DNA of 63,954 bases, filler included, from an uncultured Acidimicrobiia bacterium (GCA_964347285.1; 4 parts of 4 records of this genome joined end to end with filler, not necessarily neighbours in it), one strand, 5' to 3'; positions 41,098-50,658 are shown, counted from the first letter of the whole stretch. The notes: generated by a model not told the origin, from the sequence alone. Numbers and translations: made by a program.

Positions 41098-41142
41098 AGT
41101 ATATACCTCGGGGCCACTCCCGTGATTAGGGCCGAAGGTCCC
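41098..41142 (-). promoter_or_regulatory. Promoter of the TPP-like RNA: TATACT -10 and DosR/DevR-like box
   Basis: TATACT at 41103-41098, 7 nt before the first stem base. GGGACCTTCGGCCCTAA at 41142-41126. Confidence 0.65.
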
Positions 41143-41212
41143 GACCTTCCTGTGGATATCTCTTCGCGCTCTCGCCCGGACGCCGACCGCGACCGCCGGG
41201 TACCCTGGCGGC

Positions 41213-42436
41213 ATGGCCCTCGACCTGCTCGAGCTGCGACCCCGATTCCCCGCCCTCAATCGCATCGTCGACGGCCGCCCGGCTGCATTTCTGGACGGAC
41301 CGGGAGGCACCCAGGTGCCGCGGTCGGTGATCAATGCGATGGCCGCCAGCCTGGAGCACGGGGGGGCCAATCTGGACGGGCACTTCGTGACCAGCTACGA
41401 GACCGCCGAGTTGGTGGCCCGGGCCCGCCGGGCAGTAGCCGATCTGTTCAATGCCGATCCGAGCGAGATCGTGTTCGGCCAGAACATGACCAGCCTCACC
41501 TTCGCGGTGAGCCGGGCCCTGGCCCGGAGCTGGAAGGAGGGCGATCAGATCGTGGTGACCCGTCTCGACCACGACGCCAACATCACTCCGTGGACGACGG
41601 CGGCCGCCGAACGGGGCGCCGAGCTGGTGTGGGTCGATTTTGATCCGGCCGACTGCACGCTCGACCTCGCCGGGCTGGAGTCGGCCGTCGGCCCCCGGAC
41701 CCGGCTGGTGGCAGTCACCGCCGCCTCCAATGCTGTCGGCACGGTGGTAGATGTCGCCCGGGCGGCTCGAGCGGCGCACAGTGTCGGGGCCTTGATCTAC
41801 GTGGACGGGGTCCACTACACGCCCCACGCCCTGGTCGACGTATTGGGCTGGGACGTGGACTTCTTTACCGCCTCGGCATACAAGTTCTTCGGCCCCCACA
41901 CCGGGATGCTGTACGGCAAGGCCGAGCACCTGGAGGCGCTCGACGCCTACAAGGTGCGGCCCGCCCCCGGCGATCCGCCCGGGAAATGGGAAACCGGCAC
42001 CCAGAGCTTCGAGAGCTTGGCCGGGGTCGCCGCCGCCGTGGACTACCTGGCCGGTCTGGGCACCGGCGACACGCGGCGCGACCATCTCGCCACCGCGATG
42101 ACGGCCATTGGGGACCACGAGACATCCCTCACCGAGCAGTTCCTCAAAGGAGTAGCGGCGCTGCCTTCGGTGCAGGTGTACGGGATCACCGACGGCTCGG
42201 CGCCCCGCACCCCCACTTTCGCCCTCTCCGTGGGGGGCTGGCACGCCGAGTTGGCGGCCGCCGAGCTGGGGAGGAGGGGGATCTTCGTCTGGTCGGGCCA
42301 CTACTACGCAGTGGCGGTGATGGAGCGGCTGGGGCTCCTCGAAGAGGGTGGCCTGGTTCGAATCGGCTTCGTCCACTACAACAGCCACGAAGAGGTGGAT
42401 CGGGTGCTGCGGGCTCTGGAGGCGCTGACCGCCTGA
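41213..42436 (+). CDS. Cysteine desulfurase-like class V PLP protein
   Basis: FLDGPGGTQVP, LDHDAN, SAYKFFGPH and ETGT. Confidence 0.9.
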   Translation: MALDLLELRPRFPALNRIVDGRPAAFLDGPGGTQVPRSVINAMAASLEHGGANLDGHFVTSYETAELVARARRAVADLFNADPSEIVFGQNMTSLTFAVSRALARSWKEGDQIVVTRLDHDANITPWTTAAAERGAELVWVDFDPADCTLDLAGLESAVGPRTRLVAVTAASNAVGTVVDVARAARAAHSVGALIYVDGVHYTPHALVDVLGWDVDFFTASAYKFFGPHTGMLYGKAEHLEALDAYKVRPAPGDPPGKWETGTQSFESLAGVAAAVDYLAGLGTGDTRRDHLATAMTAIGDHETSLTEQFLKGVAALPSVQVYGITDGSAPRTPTFALSVGGWHAELAAAELGRRGIFVWSGHYYAVAVMERLGLLEEGGLVRIGFVHYNSHEEVDRVLRALEALTA

Positions 42437-42443
42437 GGGGGCT

Positions 42444-42959
42444 CTACCCTCTTCGTCGGGCGGTAGGGCGGCGGCGGGCCAGAGGCTGGAGGAGGCGGCG
42501 TAATACCCGGACCCAAAGAGACCAGTCGCGGGGACGCTCTACGGCGCCGGTGACCGCGTTCTCCGCTTTGTCAAGCGCATCTTCGAGCAGCGCGTCGTGC
42601 AGCGGCCGGAAGACGAGCGGCCAGGTCAGCCGGGCTGTACGGCGAGGCTCGGCCTCGAGGAGGTGGCGGAGCACCGCCGATTCCCCCGAGGGTTCGACCG
42701 AGAACTCGTGGAATCCGACCAGGCCCGGAGGGCGAGTGAAGCGAAGCCGGACTCGCTTTCCCGGTTCGTACTCCTTCACGTAGTAGCGGACGGGGCCGTG
42801 TCCACCGGCAGCACCCTCGCCCAGGGGGCGGTCGAAGACCATCGGCGGCCAGCGTTCGGCAGGCCACAGCGGATCGGGACGCCCGGCCAGCCCGTCGATC
42901 AGGGCTCCGACGGCCTGGATGGAGGCCGGCAAGCGCCGTTGGTGGACCACGCGTATCAA
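42444..42959 (-). CDS. SRPBCC-like protein
   Basis: TTG start with AGGAG RBS; WP..RWPPM.FDRPL..GA.GGHGPVRY and RPLHDALLED. Confidence 0.75.
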   Translation of the reverse strand: MIRVVHQRRLPASIQAVGALIDGLAGRPDPLWPAERWPPMVFDRPLGEGAAGGHGPVRYYVKEYEPGKRVRLRFTRPPGLVGFHEFSVEPSGESAVLRHLLEAEPRRTARLTWPLVFRPLHDALLEDALDKAENAVTGAVERPRDWSLWVRVLRRLLQPLARRRPTARRRG

Positions 42960-43082
42960 AGGCTTCTCCTGACTCTCAACGATAGGTCGGCCTCCGGGGG
43001 CCCATGACGCCGGCGGCAAACGAAGATGGTGCGCGTCCCACGCCCTACCATCGGCGGCGCGACTCGACCGGAGGCATGTGTC

Positions 43083-46000
43083 GTGGAGAGGGAGTTCATC
43101 ACGATCGACGGCAACGAGGCGGCCGCTCGCATCGCCCACAAGGTGAGCGAGGTGGTCGCCGTCTATCCGATCACGCCGGCCTCGCCGATGGGGGAGCTGG
43201 CAGATGCCTGGTCGCAGGCCGGCCAAACCAACATCTGGGGGACGATTCCCGAGATCGTCGAGATGCAGTCGGAGGCCGGGGCGGCCGGGGCGGTGCACGG
43301 CTCGCTCCAGGCCGGAGCGCTCACTACCACCTTCACTGCTTCCCAGGGGCTGCTGCTGAAGATCCCCAACATGTACAAGATCGCCGGCGAGCTCTCCCCG
43401 ACCGTCTTCCACATCGCGGCTCGCACCGTGGCGACCCACGCCCTGAGTATCTTCGGGGACCACTCCGACGTGATGGCGGTCCGCGCCACCGGCTTTGCCA
43501 TGCTGTGCTCCTCGTCGGTGCAGGAGGTCCAGGACCTGGCACTGGTGGCCCATGCGGTCACCCTCACCAGCCGGGTCCCGTTCCTGCACTGGTTCGACGG
43601 GTTCCGTACTTCGCACGAGGTCGCCAAGATCGAGGCGATCACCGATGCCCAGATCGGCGAGATGATCGATGAGGGAGCGGTGGCCCACCATCGCCTCCGG
43701 GCCCTCAACCCCCATCATCCGGTGCTGCGGGGCTCGGCCCAGAACCCCGACGTGTTCTTCCAGGCCCGCGAGGCAGCCAACCCGTACTACACCACTTTGT
43801 CCGGCGAGGTGCAGGCGGCGATGGATCAACTGGCCGAGCTGACCGGCCGCCAATACCACCTGTTCGACTACTCCGGCGCCGCCGACGCCGAGCGGGTGCT
43901 GGTGGTCATGGGCTCGGGAGCGGGGGCGGCCGCCGAGGCCGTTGAGCTGCTCGCCGCCCAGGGAGAGAAGGTCGGCCTGGTGACCGTGCGCCTCTACCGG
44001 CCCTTCGATGCTGCCGCCTTCGCGGCCGTCCTTCCCGAAACCACCAGAGTGATCGGAGTGCTGGACCGGACCAAGGAACCGGGGGCGGTGGGCGAGCCGC
44101 TCTTCCTCGACGTCGTCGCCGCCCTCGCCGAGCCGGCCGCCCGGGAGCGGCTGCCCGATACCCCTCGGGTGGTGGGAGGACGCTACGGGCTGTCCTCCAA
44201 AGAGTTCACCCCGGCGATGGCCCGAGCCGTGCTCGCCAATCTCGAGGGCGACGAACCTCGCACGCACTTCACGGTCGGGATCACCGACGACGTCTCTCAC
44301 ACATCGCTCGACGTCGACGAGGAGTGGTGGGAGGAGCCCGAGCACGTCGTACAGGCCGTCTTCTACGGTCTGGGAGCAGACGGCACGGTGGGCGCCAACC
44401 GCAACTCGGCCAAGATCATCGGCGAGCACACCGACCTCTACGCCCAGGCCTACTTCGTCTACGACTCGAAGAAGGCGGGCTCGGTGACGGTGTCCCACCT
44501 CCGCTTCGGCAAACATGCCATCCGCTCCTCCTATCTGGTGCGACAGGCCGAGTTCGTGGCCTGCCACCAGTTCGGGTTCCTGGAGAAGATGGACGTGCTC
44601 CGCACCGCCGCCCCCGGGGGGACGTTCCTCCTCAACAGCCCCTACGGGCCGGACGAGGTGTGGTCGCACCTGCCCGCCACGGTGCAGGCCCAGATCCAGG
44701 ACAAGGAACTGGCGCTGTGGGTGATCGATGCCGACCGGATCGCGCGAGAGGTGGGGTTGGGGGGCCGCATCAACACCGTGCTGCAGACCTGCTTCTTCAC
44801 GCTGTCGGAGATCCTGTCCCGGGACAAAGCCGTCGACGCCATCAAAGAGGCGATCCGCGAGACGTACGGCAAGCGGGGCGAGGTGGTGCTGAACCGCAAC
44901 TTCGCTGCGGTCGACGAGGCGCTGGTCGGCCTGCATCGGGTCGAGGTGCCCACCGAGCAGGTGGCGGTGTCCTCCGCGCCGCCGCCCCCGGAAGACCCCT
45001 TCGAGCGGGTGGTGCGCCGAATCATCGCCGGGGACGGCGATCTACTGCCGGTGAGCGCCCTGCCGGTGGACGGGACCTTCCCCACCGGCACCGCCCAATG
45101 GGAGAAGCGTTCGATCGCCAGCGAGATCCCGATTTGGGATGCCGAGATCTGCATCGACTGCGCCCGGTGCGCCTTGGTGTGCCCTCATGCCGCCATCCGC
45201 ATGAAAGTCTTCGATGCCTCCGCTCTCGAGGGCGCCCCGCCCGGATTCAAATCCAAGCCGTGGGAGAAAGGGCGCGACTTCGCCGGTCTGCAGATGACCA
45301 TTCAGGTGGCGCCGGATGACTGCACCGGCTGCAAGGTGTGCGTGAACGTGTGCCCGGCCCACTCCAAAGAGGAGGTCAAGCACAAGTCCATCAACATGGA
45401 ACCCAAGGCAGAGCACCTGGAGCGGGAACGGTCGTGGTTCGACTACTTCCTCACGATCCCCGAGGTGGACCGGACCACCGTTCGTCCGGCCACCGTGGTG
45501 GGCTCCCAAGCCCTCCAGCCCCTGTTCGAGTTCAGCGGGGCCTGCGCCGGCTGCGGGGAGACCCCCTACCTGAAGCTGCTGACGCAGATGTTCGGCGACC
45601 GGATCGTGGTCGCCAACGCCACCGGATGCTCTTCGATCTTCGGGGGCAATCTGCCCACCACCCCATGGTCGGCCAACCCCGACGGGCTGGGACCGGCCTG
45701 GTCCAACTCCCTGTTCGAGGACAATGCCGAGTTCGGCATGGGGATGCGCCTGGCCCTCGATGCCCAACGCGACGCGGCGGAACGGTTGCTGCGGCGCCTG
45801 GCTCCCGAGGTGGGCGGGGAGCTGGCCGCAGCACTTCTCGACGCCGACCAGTCGGATGAGTCCGGGCTGGCGGCCCAGAGAGAGCGGGTGGCGGCCCTCA
45901 AGGAGCAACTGTCCGGGATCGACACGGCCGAGGCCAAACGGCTGGCGTCGGTGGCCGACACACTGGTGTGGACCGGGGTGTGGATCGTGGGCGGTGACGG

Positions 46001-46646
46001 CTGGGCGTACGACATCGGATTCGGCGGCCTCGACCACGTGCTCGCCTCGGGACGGAACGTCAACATGCTGGTGCTCGACACCGAGGTGTACTCCAACACC
46101 GGCGGACAGGCCTCCAAGGCCACCCCGCGGGCGGCGGTGGCCAAGTTCGCCTCCGGCGGCAAGTCGACCGGCAAAAAGGATCTGGGAACCCTGGCCCTGT
46201 CGTACGGCAACGTGTACGTGGCCCAGATCGCCATGGGCGCCAACATGACCCAGACCGTGAAGGCGTTCGCCGAGGCCGAAGCCCACCCCGGTCCCTCGCT
46301 GATCATCGCCTACAGCCCGTGCATCGCCCACGGAATCGACATGGAGACGATGATGGGCCACCAGCGGGAGGCAGCCGACAGCGGCTATTGGCCGCTCTTC
46401 CGCTTCGATCCGGCCCGGGCGGCCGACGGCGGGACCCCGTTCAAGCTCGACAGCCGCAAACCGAGCATTCCCTTCCGGGAGTACGCCATGAAGGAGGCCC
46501 GCTTCGCCATGCTGGCCCGGGCCAATCCGGAAGAAGCAGAGCGGCTGATGGCCGAGGCCCAGGCCGACATCGACGACCGCTGGCACCGCTACGAACAAGC
46601 CACCGACATCGAGTGGACGGCTCACGAGGTCGAGGAGGAGGCATGA
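43083..46646 (+). CDS. nifJ: Pyruvate:ferredoxin (flavodoxin) oxidoreductase
   Basis: DGNEA, YPITP, EMQSEAGA, two CxxCxxCxxxCP clusters, GACAGCGE and GGDGWAYDIG (TPP motif). Confidence 0.96.
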   Translation: MEREFITIDGNEAAARIAHKVSEVVAVYPITPASPMGELADAWSQAGQTNIWGTIPEIVEMQSEAGAAGAVHGSLQAGALTTTFTASQGLLLKIPNMYKIAGELSPTVFHIAARTVATHALSIFGDHSDVMAVRATGFAMLCSSSVQEVQDLALVAHAVTLTSRVPFLHWFDGFRTSHEVAKIEAITDAQIGEMIDEGAVAHHRLRALNPHHPVLRGSAQNPDVFFQAREAANPYYTTLSGEVQAAMDQLAELTGRQYHLFDYSGAADAERVLVVMGSGAGAAAEAVELLAAQGEKVGLVTVRLYRPFDAAAFAAVLPETTRVIGVLDRTKEPGAVGEPLFLDVVAALAEPAARERLPDTPRVVGGRYGLSSKEFTPAMARAVLANLEGDEPRTHFTVGITDDVSHTSLDVDEEWWEEPEHVVQAVFYGLGADGTVGANRNSAKIIGEHTDLYAQAYFVYDSKKAGSVTVSHLRFGKHAIRSSYLVRQAEFVACHQFGFLEKMDVLRTAAPGGTFLLNSPYGPDEVWSHLPATVQAQIQDKELALWVIDADRIAREVGLGGRINTVLQTCFFTLSEILSRDKAVDAIKEAIRETYGKRGEVVLNRNFAAVDEALVGLHRVEVPTEQVAVSSAPPPPEDPFERVVRRIIAGDGDLLPVSALPVDGTFPTGTAQWEKRSIASEIPIWDAEICIDCARCALVCPHAAIRMKVFDASALEGAPPGFKSKPWEKGRDFAGLQMTIQVAPDDCTGCKVCVNVCPAHSKEEVKHKSINMEPKAEHLERERSWFDYFLTIPEVDRTTVRPATVVGSQALQPLFEFSGACAGCGETPYLKLLTQMFGDRIVVANATGCSSIFGGNLPTTPWSANPDGLGPAWSNSLFEDNAEFGMGMRLALDAQRDAAERLLRRLAPEVGGELAAALLDADQSDESGLAAQRERVAALKEQLSGIDTAEAKRLASVADTLVWTGVWIVGGDGWAYDIGFGGLDHVLASGRNVNMLVLDTEVYSNTGGQASKATPRAAVAKFASGGKSTGKKDLGTLALSYGNVYVAQIAMGANMTQTVKAFAEAEAHPGPSLIIAYSPCIAHGIDMETMMGHQREAADSGYWPLFRFDPARAADGGTPFKLDSRKPSIPFREYAMKEARFAMLARANPEEAERLMAEAQADIDDRWHRYEQATDIEWTAHEVEEEA

Positions 46647-47653
46647 GCGTCGATCTGACCACCCGCTACCTGGGCCTGGAGCTGGCCCACCCGCTGGTCC
46701 CGTCGGCCTCGCCCCTCACCGGGGGGATCGAGTCGCTGCGGCGGCTGGAGGAGGCGGGAGCGGCCGCCGTCGTGCTCCCGTCGTTGTTCGAGGAACAGAT
46801 CGAGCACGAAGCGATGGCGGTGCACGAGTCCCTCGAGCAGGGAGTGGCCGCCTACGCCGAGGCGGCCGGCGGCTACCTGCCGGAGATGGAGGATTACAAC
46901 ACCGGGCCTTCCTCGTATCTGGAGTTGATCGGGCAAGCCAAAGAGGCCCTGTCGATTCCGGTGATCGGGAGCCTCAACGGGGTGTCGCTCGGCGGATGGA
47001 CGCTGTACGCCAAGCTGTTCGAAGAGGCCGGCGCCGACGCCCTCGAAGTGAACATCTACTTCGTCGCTGCCGACGCCGAGATGACCTCGGCCCAGGTAGA
47101 GGACCAGTACCTCGAACTGGTGTCGGCGCTGCGGGCCGCGATCGAGATTCCCCTGGCGGTCAAGGTGGGACCGTTCTTCTCGTCGATGGCGAGTTTCGCC
47201 CGCCGGCTCGCCGAGGCCGGCGCCGACGGCCTGGTGCTCTTCAACCGGTTCTATCAGCCCGACATCGACCTCGAGCATCTGGAGGTCCGGCCAGATCTCG
47301 TACTGAGCACGTCCGAGGAGATGAGACTCGTGTTGCGCTGGATGGCCATTCTGCGGGGCCGTGTGAATGCCTCGCTGGCCGCGACGACCGGCGTCCACAC
47401 CTCGGACGATGTGGTGAAGCTGATCCTGGCCGGAGCCGACGTGACGATGATGGCCTCGGCTTTGATCGAGAACGGGCCGTCCCACCTGACCGAGGTCCTC
47501 GCTGGGGTGGAGACGTGGCTCGAAGACCACCAGTACGAATCGGTGGAGCAGGCCAAGGGCAGCCTCAGCCAAGAGGCCTCCCCCGATCCGGCCGCGTTCG
47601 AGCGGGCCAACTACATGCGGACACTGGTGACCTACTCGACCGAGAAATGGTGA
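46643..47653 (+). CDS. Dihydroorotate dehydrogenase-like flavoprotein
   Basis: DLTTRYLGL, SLFEEQI, LFNRFYQPDID and ERANY. Coupled to nifJ. Confidence 0.88.
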   Translation: MSVDLTTRYLGLELAHPLVPSASPLTGGIESLRRLEEAGAAAVVLPSLFEEQIEHEAMAVHESLEQGVAAYAEAAGGYLPEMEDYNTGPSSYLELIGQAKEALSIPVIGSLNGVSLGGWTLYAKLFEEAGADALEVNIYFVAADAEMTSAQVEDQYLELVSALRAAIEIPLAVKVGPFFSSMASFARRLAEAGADGLVLFNRFYQPDIDLEHLEVRPDLVLSTSEEMRLVLRWMAILRGRVNASLAATTGVHTSDDVVKLILAGADVTMMASALIENGPSHLTEVLAGVETWLEDHQYESVEQAKGSLSQEASPDPAAFERANYMRTLVTYSTEKW

Positions 47654-47775
47654 GTACCGCTCACAGGTCTTGACCCGGCGAGTGGGCCGACCACCCCCGA
47701 GAGATGGTCTCCGGCGGGGGTTCAAGTTCCCGGTCCCCATGCCGACACATATGGAGACATCGACAGGGAGTGGTC

Positions 47776-47979
47776 GTGACCACCCTCACCGTCGCATGCC
47801 CCACCTGTGGGGCCAGGAGCCGAGCCCGCCACGGACACTGCGTCGTGTGCGGCAATGGGCTGGAGGAGCACCGCCGTGAGCTCGAGGCGACCGAGATCCG
47901 CTACTGCCTGGGCTGTGGACTGGGCTGGAAACCTCTCGACCAGCACGGCTTCTGCACGTACTGCACCGAAGGTCGATAG
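47776..47979 (+). CDS. Small double zinc-ribbon protein
   Basis: Four CxxC motifs (CPTC, CVVC, CLGC, CTYC) and a GGGAG RBS. Confidence 0.7.
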   Translation: MTTLTVACPTCGARSRARHGHCVVCGNGLEEHRRELEATEIRYCLGCGLGWKPLDQHGFCTYCTEGR

Positions 47980-48003
47980 TTGCCGCCGAGCGGGTTCGCG
48001 TCC

Positions 48004-48891
48004 TCAGCCGGCCGGCACCGACTCGGCGCCGAGCTCGACATCTTGCTCTGGGGTGACCATCTCCGAGCGCCGAAAGTAGAGGAGCAGCCCCACCCCGAGC
48101 AGCGCAGCCCCCAGGGCGCCCCATTGGCTGCCGGTGAACGGTCCCATCACCGAGTCGGCCACGGTGCCATCGCGGGCGGCGCCTAGGCGGGCGAAGTCGA
48201 TGACGAACCGCTGGAGTCCATATCCGATTGTGTACACGGCGAAGAGCTGCCCGTAGCGGTAGTGCCAGCGCCGCCTCAGTACCAGGAGCAGGCCGAGCAG
48301 GGCGGCCGCCAGCAAGAGGTCATAGAGGGCGGTGTGGTGATACGTCAGGCACAGGTCCAGCTCGTCACACAGCCGCTGCAGGTCGGCGTGCTGGGGTGCG
48401 ATCTCATAGCCGGGCTCGAGGCGGTAGCCGAGAAAGAAGCTGGTCTGCGAGCCCAAGTGCTCGACGATGGCCAGGTCGCCCAACCGTCCCACCACCGTGC
48501 CGAGGGCCATTCCCGGCGCGGCCATGTCGATGTACGGAGGCAGGCTGGCCTTGAGCAGCCGGAGGCGGAGCACCCCGCCCAGGACGCCCCCGGCCAGACC
48601 CCCCAGGATCGAGTAGTGGCCCGACGGGCTGAAGACATCGTCGATCCCATAGCCGGGATCGCCGATGTGGGCGGGAATGGTGAACAGGCGGATTCCAATG
48701 AGGGCCCCAACGGCAGCCCAGGTCAGTGCGGAGATGGCGTAGTCGGCGCTGAAGTTGCGTCGCCTCACTTCGCGAACCATGAACCAGCTCCCGACCAGGA
48801 AGCCGACGCCGGCGAACAGGCCATGGAGCGACAGGTTGAGTGGACCAATCTCGAAGATGGGGACGGGTGGATAGCTGATGGCGCCGAGCAC
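48004..48891 (-). CDS. lgt: Prolipoprotein diacylglyceryl transferase
   Basis: IGPL.LSLHG, GRLGD...EHLG, HHTALYD and RFVIDF.R. Confidence 0.85.
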   Translation of the reverse strand: MLGAISYPPVPIFEIGPLNLSLHGLFAGVGFLVGSWFMVREVRRRNFSADYAISALTWAAVGALIGIRLFTIPAHIGDPGYGIDDVFSPSGHYSILGGLAGGVLGGVLRLRLLKASLPPYIDMAAPGMALGTVVGRLGDLAIVEHLGSQTSFFLGYRLEPGYEIAPQHADLQRLCDELDLCLTYHHTALYDLLLAAALLGLLLVLRRRWHYRYGQLFAVYTIGYGLQRFVIDFARLGAARDGTVADSVMGPFTGSQWGALGAALLGVGLLLYFRRSEMVTPEQDVELGAESVPAG

Positions 48892-48965
48892 GGTCAAAGC
48901 CTAGGCGGGGCCGGGGTCAAGACCTCCGTGGGCCGCCCGCCGTCGAAGAGTCGTAGAGTTGGGGC

Positions 48966-49196
48966 ATGGAGAGTGTCGACCCGGCAGTCGAAGGATGGGT
49001 GGAGCGGATCATCCGGGAGGCCGTCGAGCGCGGCGAATTCGACCACCTCGAGGATCGAGGCAAGCCGCTCGAGATCCTCGCCGAGCCCTACGATCCCCTG
49101 TGGTGGGTGAAGCGCTGGGTGCGGCGTGAGGAGCTTTCTGAGGTTCTGGGAACGGCCGGGGAGCGGAGAACTGGGTCGGATGATAAGGACCGGTAG
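48966..49196 (+). CDS. DUF1992-like small protein
   Basis: VERIIREAVERGEFDHL..RGKPL...WWVKR...RE. Confidence 0.8.
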   Translation: MESVDPAVEGWVERIIREAVERGEFDHLEDRGKPLEILAEPYDPLWWVKRWVRREELSEVLGTAGERRTGSDDKDR

Positions 49197-49253
49197 CGGC
49201 CGGCGGCCGAGTTGGCATAGCGCACCGGTCCGCGTAGGTTGCCGGTCCATCCC

Positions 49254-49637
49254 ATGACCGACCCGACCGAGACACCAATTGGCGAGATGTGGCTCGACCG
49301 TGATGGGGTGCTGTGGCATCGGATCCGGCCCGGAGCCACGATCACCGTGGAGGATGCCGAGGCCGTGATCGAGATCGTGCGCCGCCTCACCGGCGGGCGC
49401 CAGGTCCCGGCCGTCATCGACATCCGAGAAGTCACCGAGGCCGACTCCCGGGTTCGGGAGCGCTTTGCCGGTTCCACGGAGACCAGCCTCGAGCTCGCCA
49501 CCGCCCTCGTCGTCAGCTCGGGTTTGAGCCGGATGCTGGGCAACTTGTTCCTGCTGATGAATCGTCCGGAGCGACCGGTACGGCTTTTCACGTCGGAGGA
49601 CAAGGCGGCTGAGTGGGCTCGCAGTTTCCTCAGGTGA
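49254..49637 (+). CDS. STAS/SEC14-like small protein
   Basis: VIDIREV, ALVVSS.LSRMLGNLF and PVRLF.SED.A.EW. Confidence 0.75.
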   Translation: MTDPTETPIGEMWLDRDGVLWHRIRPGATITVEDAEAVIEIVRRLTGGRQVPAVIDIREVTEADSRVRERFAGSTETSLELATALVVSSGLSRMLGNLFLLMNRPERPVRLFTSEDKAAEWARSFLR

Positions 49638-49641
49638 CCTC

Positions 49642-50238
49642 ATGACCGAAGGACGCGACCCGGCCGGCTTCGACTCCGCCTACCAAGGGACCCCTCCCTG
49701 GGACATCGGCCGGCCCCAGCGCGAGTTCGTCGCTCTGGCCGAGGCGGGCTCGATCACAGGGAGCGTCCTCGACGTCGGCTGCGGGACCGGCGAGAACGCC
49801 TTGTTCCTGGCCGAAGGCGGCCTGGAGGTCGTCGGCGTCGACGGTTCGCCGACGGCGATCCGCCGGGCCCGGGCCAAAGCCGAAGAGCGACGGACTCCGG
49901 TCACGTTCGTGGTCGGCGATGCGCTCAAGCTGGAGAGTCTGGGCAGGAGCTTCGATACGATCATCGACTGCGGCCTGTTCCACGTGTTCTCCGACGAGGA
50001 ACGGGTCGGCTTCGAGAAGTCGCTGCGCCGGGCACTCCGATCCGGCGGGCGCTACTTCATGATGTGCTTCAGTGAGCAGGAGCCGGGAGATCACGGGCCG
50101 CGCCGGGTAACCCAGGACGAGATCCGGCGGACGTTCGCCGCGGGGTGGACGGTAGAGGAAATACGGCCGGCGACCTTCGAGACCCTACTGCCCAGCGGTG
50201 ACGTCAAGGCCTGGCTGGCATCGTTCACCCGGCCGTAG
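49642..50238 (+). CDS. Class I SAM-dependent methyltransferase
   Basis: PPWDIGRPQ, VLDVGCGTGEN and DCGLFH. Confidence 0.9.
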   Translation: MTEGRDPAGFDSAYQGTPPWDIGRPQREFVALAEAGSITGSVLDVGCGTGENALFLAEGGLEVVGVDGSPTAIRRARAKAEERRTPVTFVVGDALKLESLGRSFDTIIDCGLFHVFSDEERVGFEKSLRRALRSGGRYFMMCFSEQEPGDHGPRRVTQDEIRRTFAAGWTVEEIRPATFETLLPSGDVKAWLASFTRP

Positions 50239-50296
50239 GCATAACGCCGGCACAACGAGGTCGATAGGGTGGGCGATCCGCGACGGGAGGGGAGAG

Positions 50297-50596
50297 ATGC
50301 TTCACATGGTCGTGAACACCCATAGCGAGGACAGCTGCGCATTCCGAAATGACGAGAACCGGGAGGCGCTGGCCGGGGGGTTCGGCCGGTTTGGAGAGGC
50401 CGCTGCAGAGCACGGGGCGGAACTGATCGGTGCGTGGGCCAACATGGCCTCGCACACCGTGTTTCTGCTGGTGGACGCCCCCACCGCTCACGTGGTGGAC
50501 GAGATCTTGCGAGGGAGCGAGCTGGTGGGGCACACCGATTCCCGGGTGTACGCCGTCGAGACGATGGCCACCGCATTGGCGGTGGTCTCCGAGTAG
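50297..50596 (+). CDS. Small hypothetical protein (dimeric alpha/beta barrel-like)
   Basis: GGAGG RBS; H..VNTH..DSC...H.VFLLVDA pattern. Confidence 0.7.
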   Translation: MLHMVVNTHSEDSCAFRNDENREALAGGFGRFGEAAAEHGAELIGAWANMASHTVFLLVDAPTAHVVDEILRGSELVGHTDSRVYAVETMATALAVVSE

Positions 50597-50658
50597 ATCG
50601 CGAGGCGCCCGAGAGGGGCAGCGGGATCCCGCCGCCCCTCGGAGCGGTGCCCTAGAAC

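Noticed and set aside
47665..47740. tRNA-like GGGGGTTCAAGTTCCC and a ZTP-riboswitch-like start
   Set aside because: No cloverleaf can be built, and the ZTP GGGGAGCG and 3' GCCUGGG elements are missing.
47665..48925. 12-bp inverted repeat AGGTCTTGACCC flanking lgt
   Set aside because: No transposase or target-site duplication, and it encloses a housekeeping gene. More likely chance or weak regulator sites.
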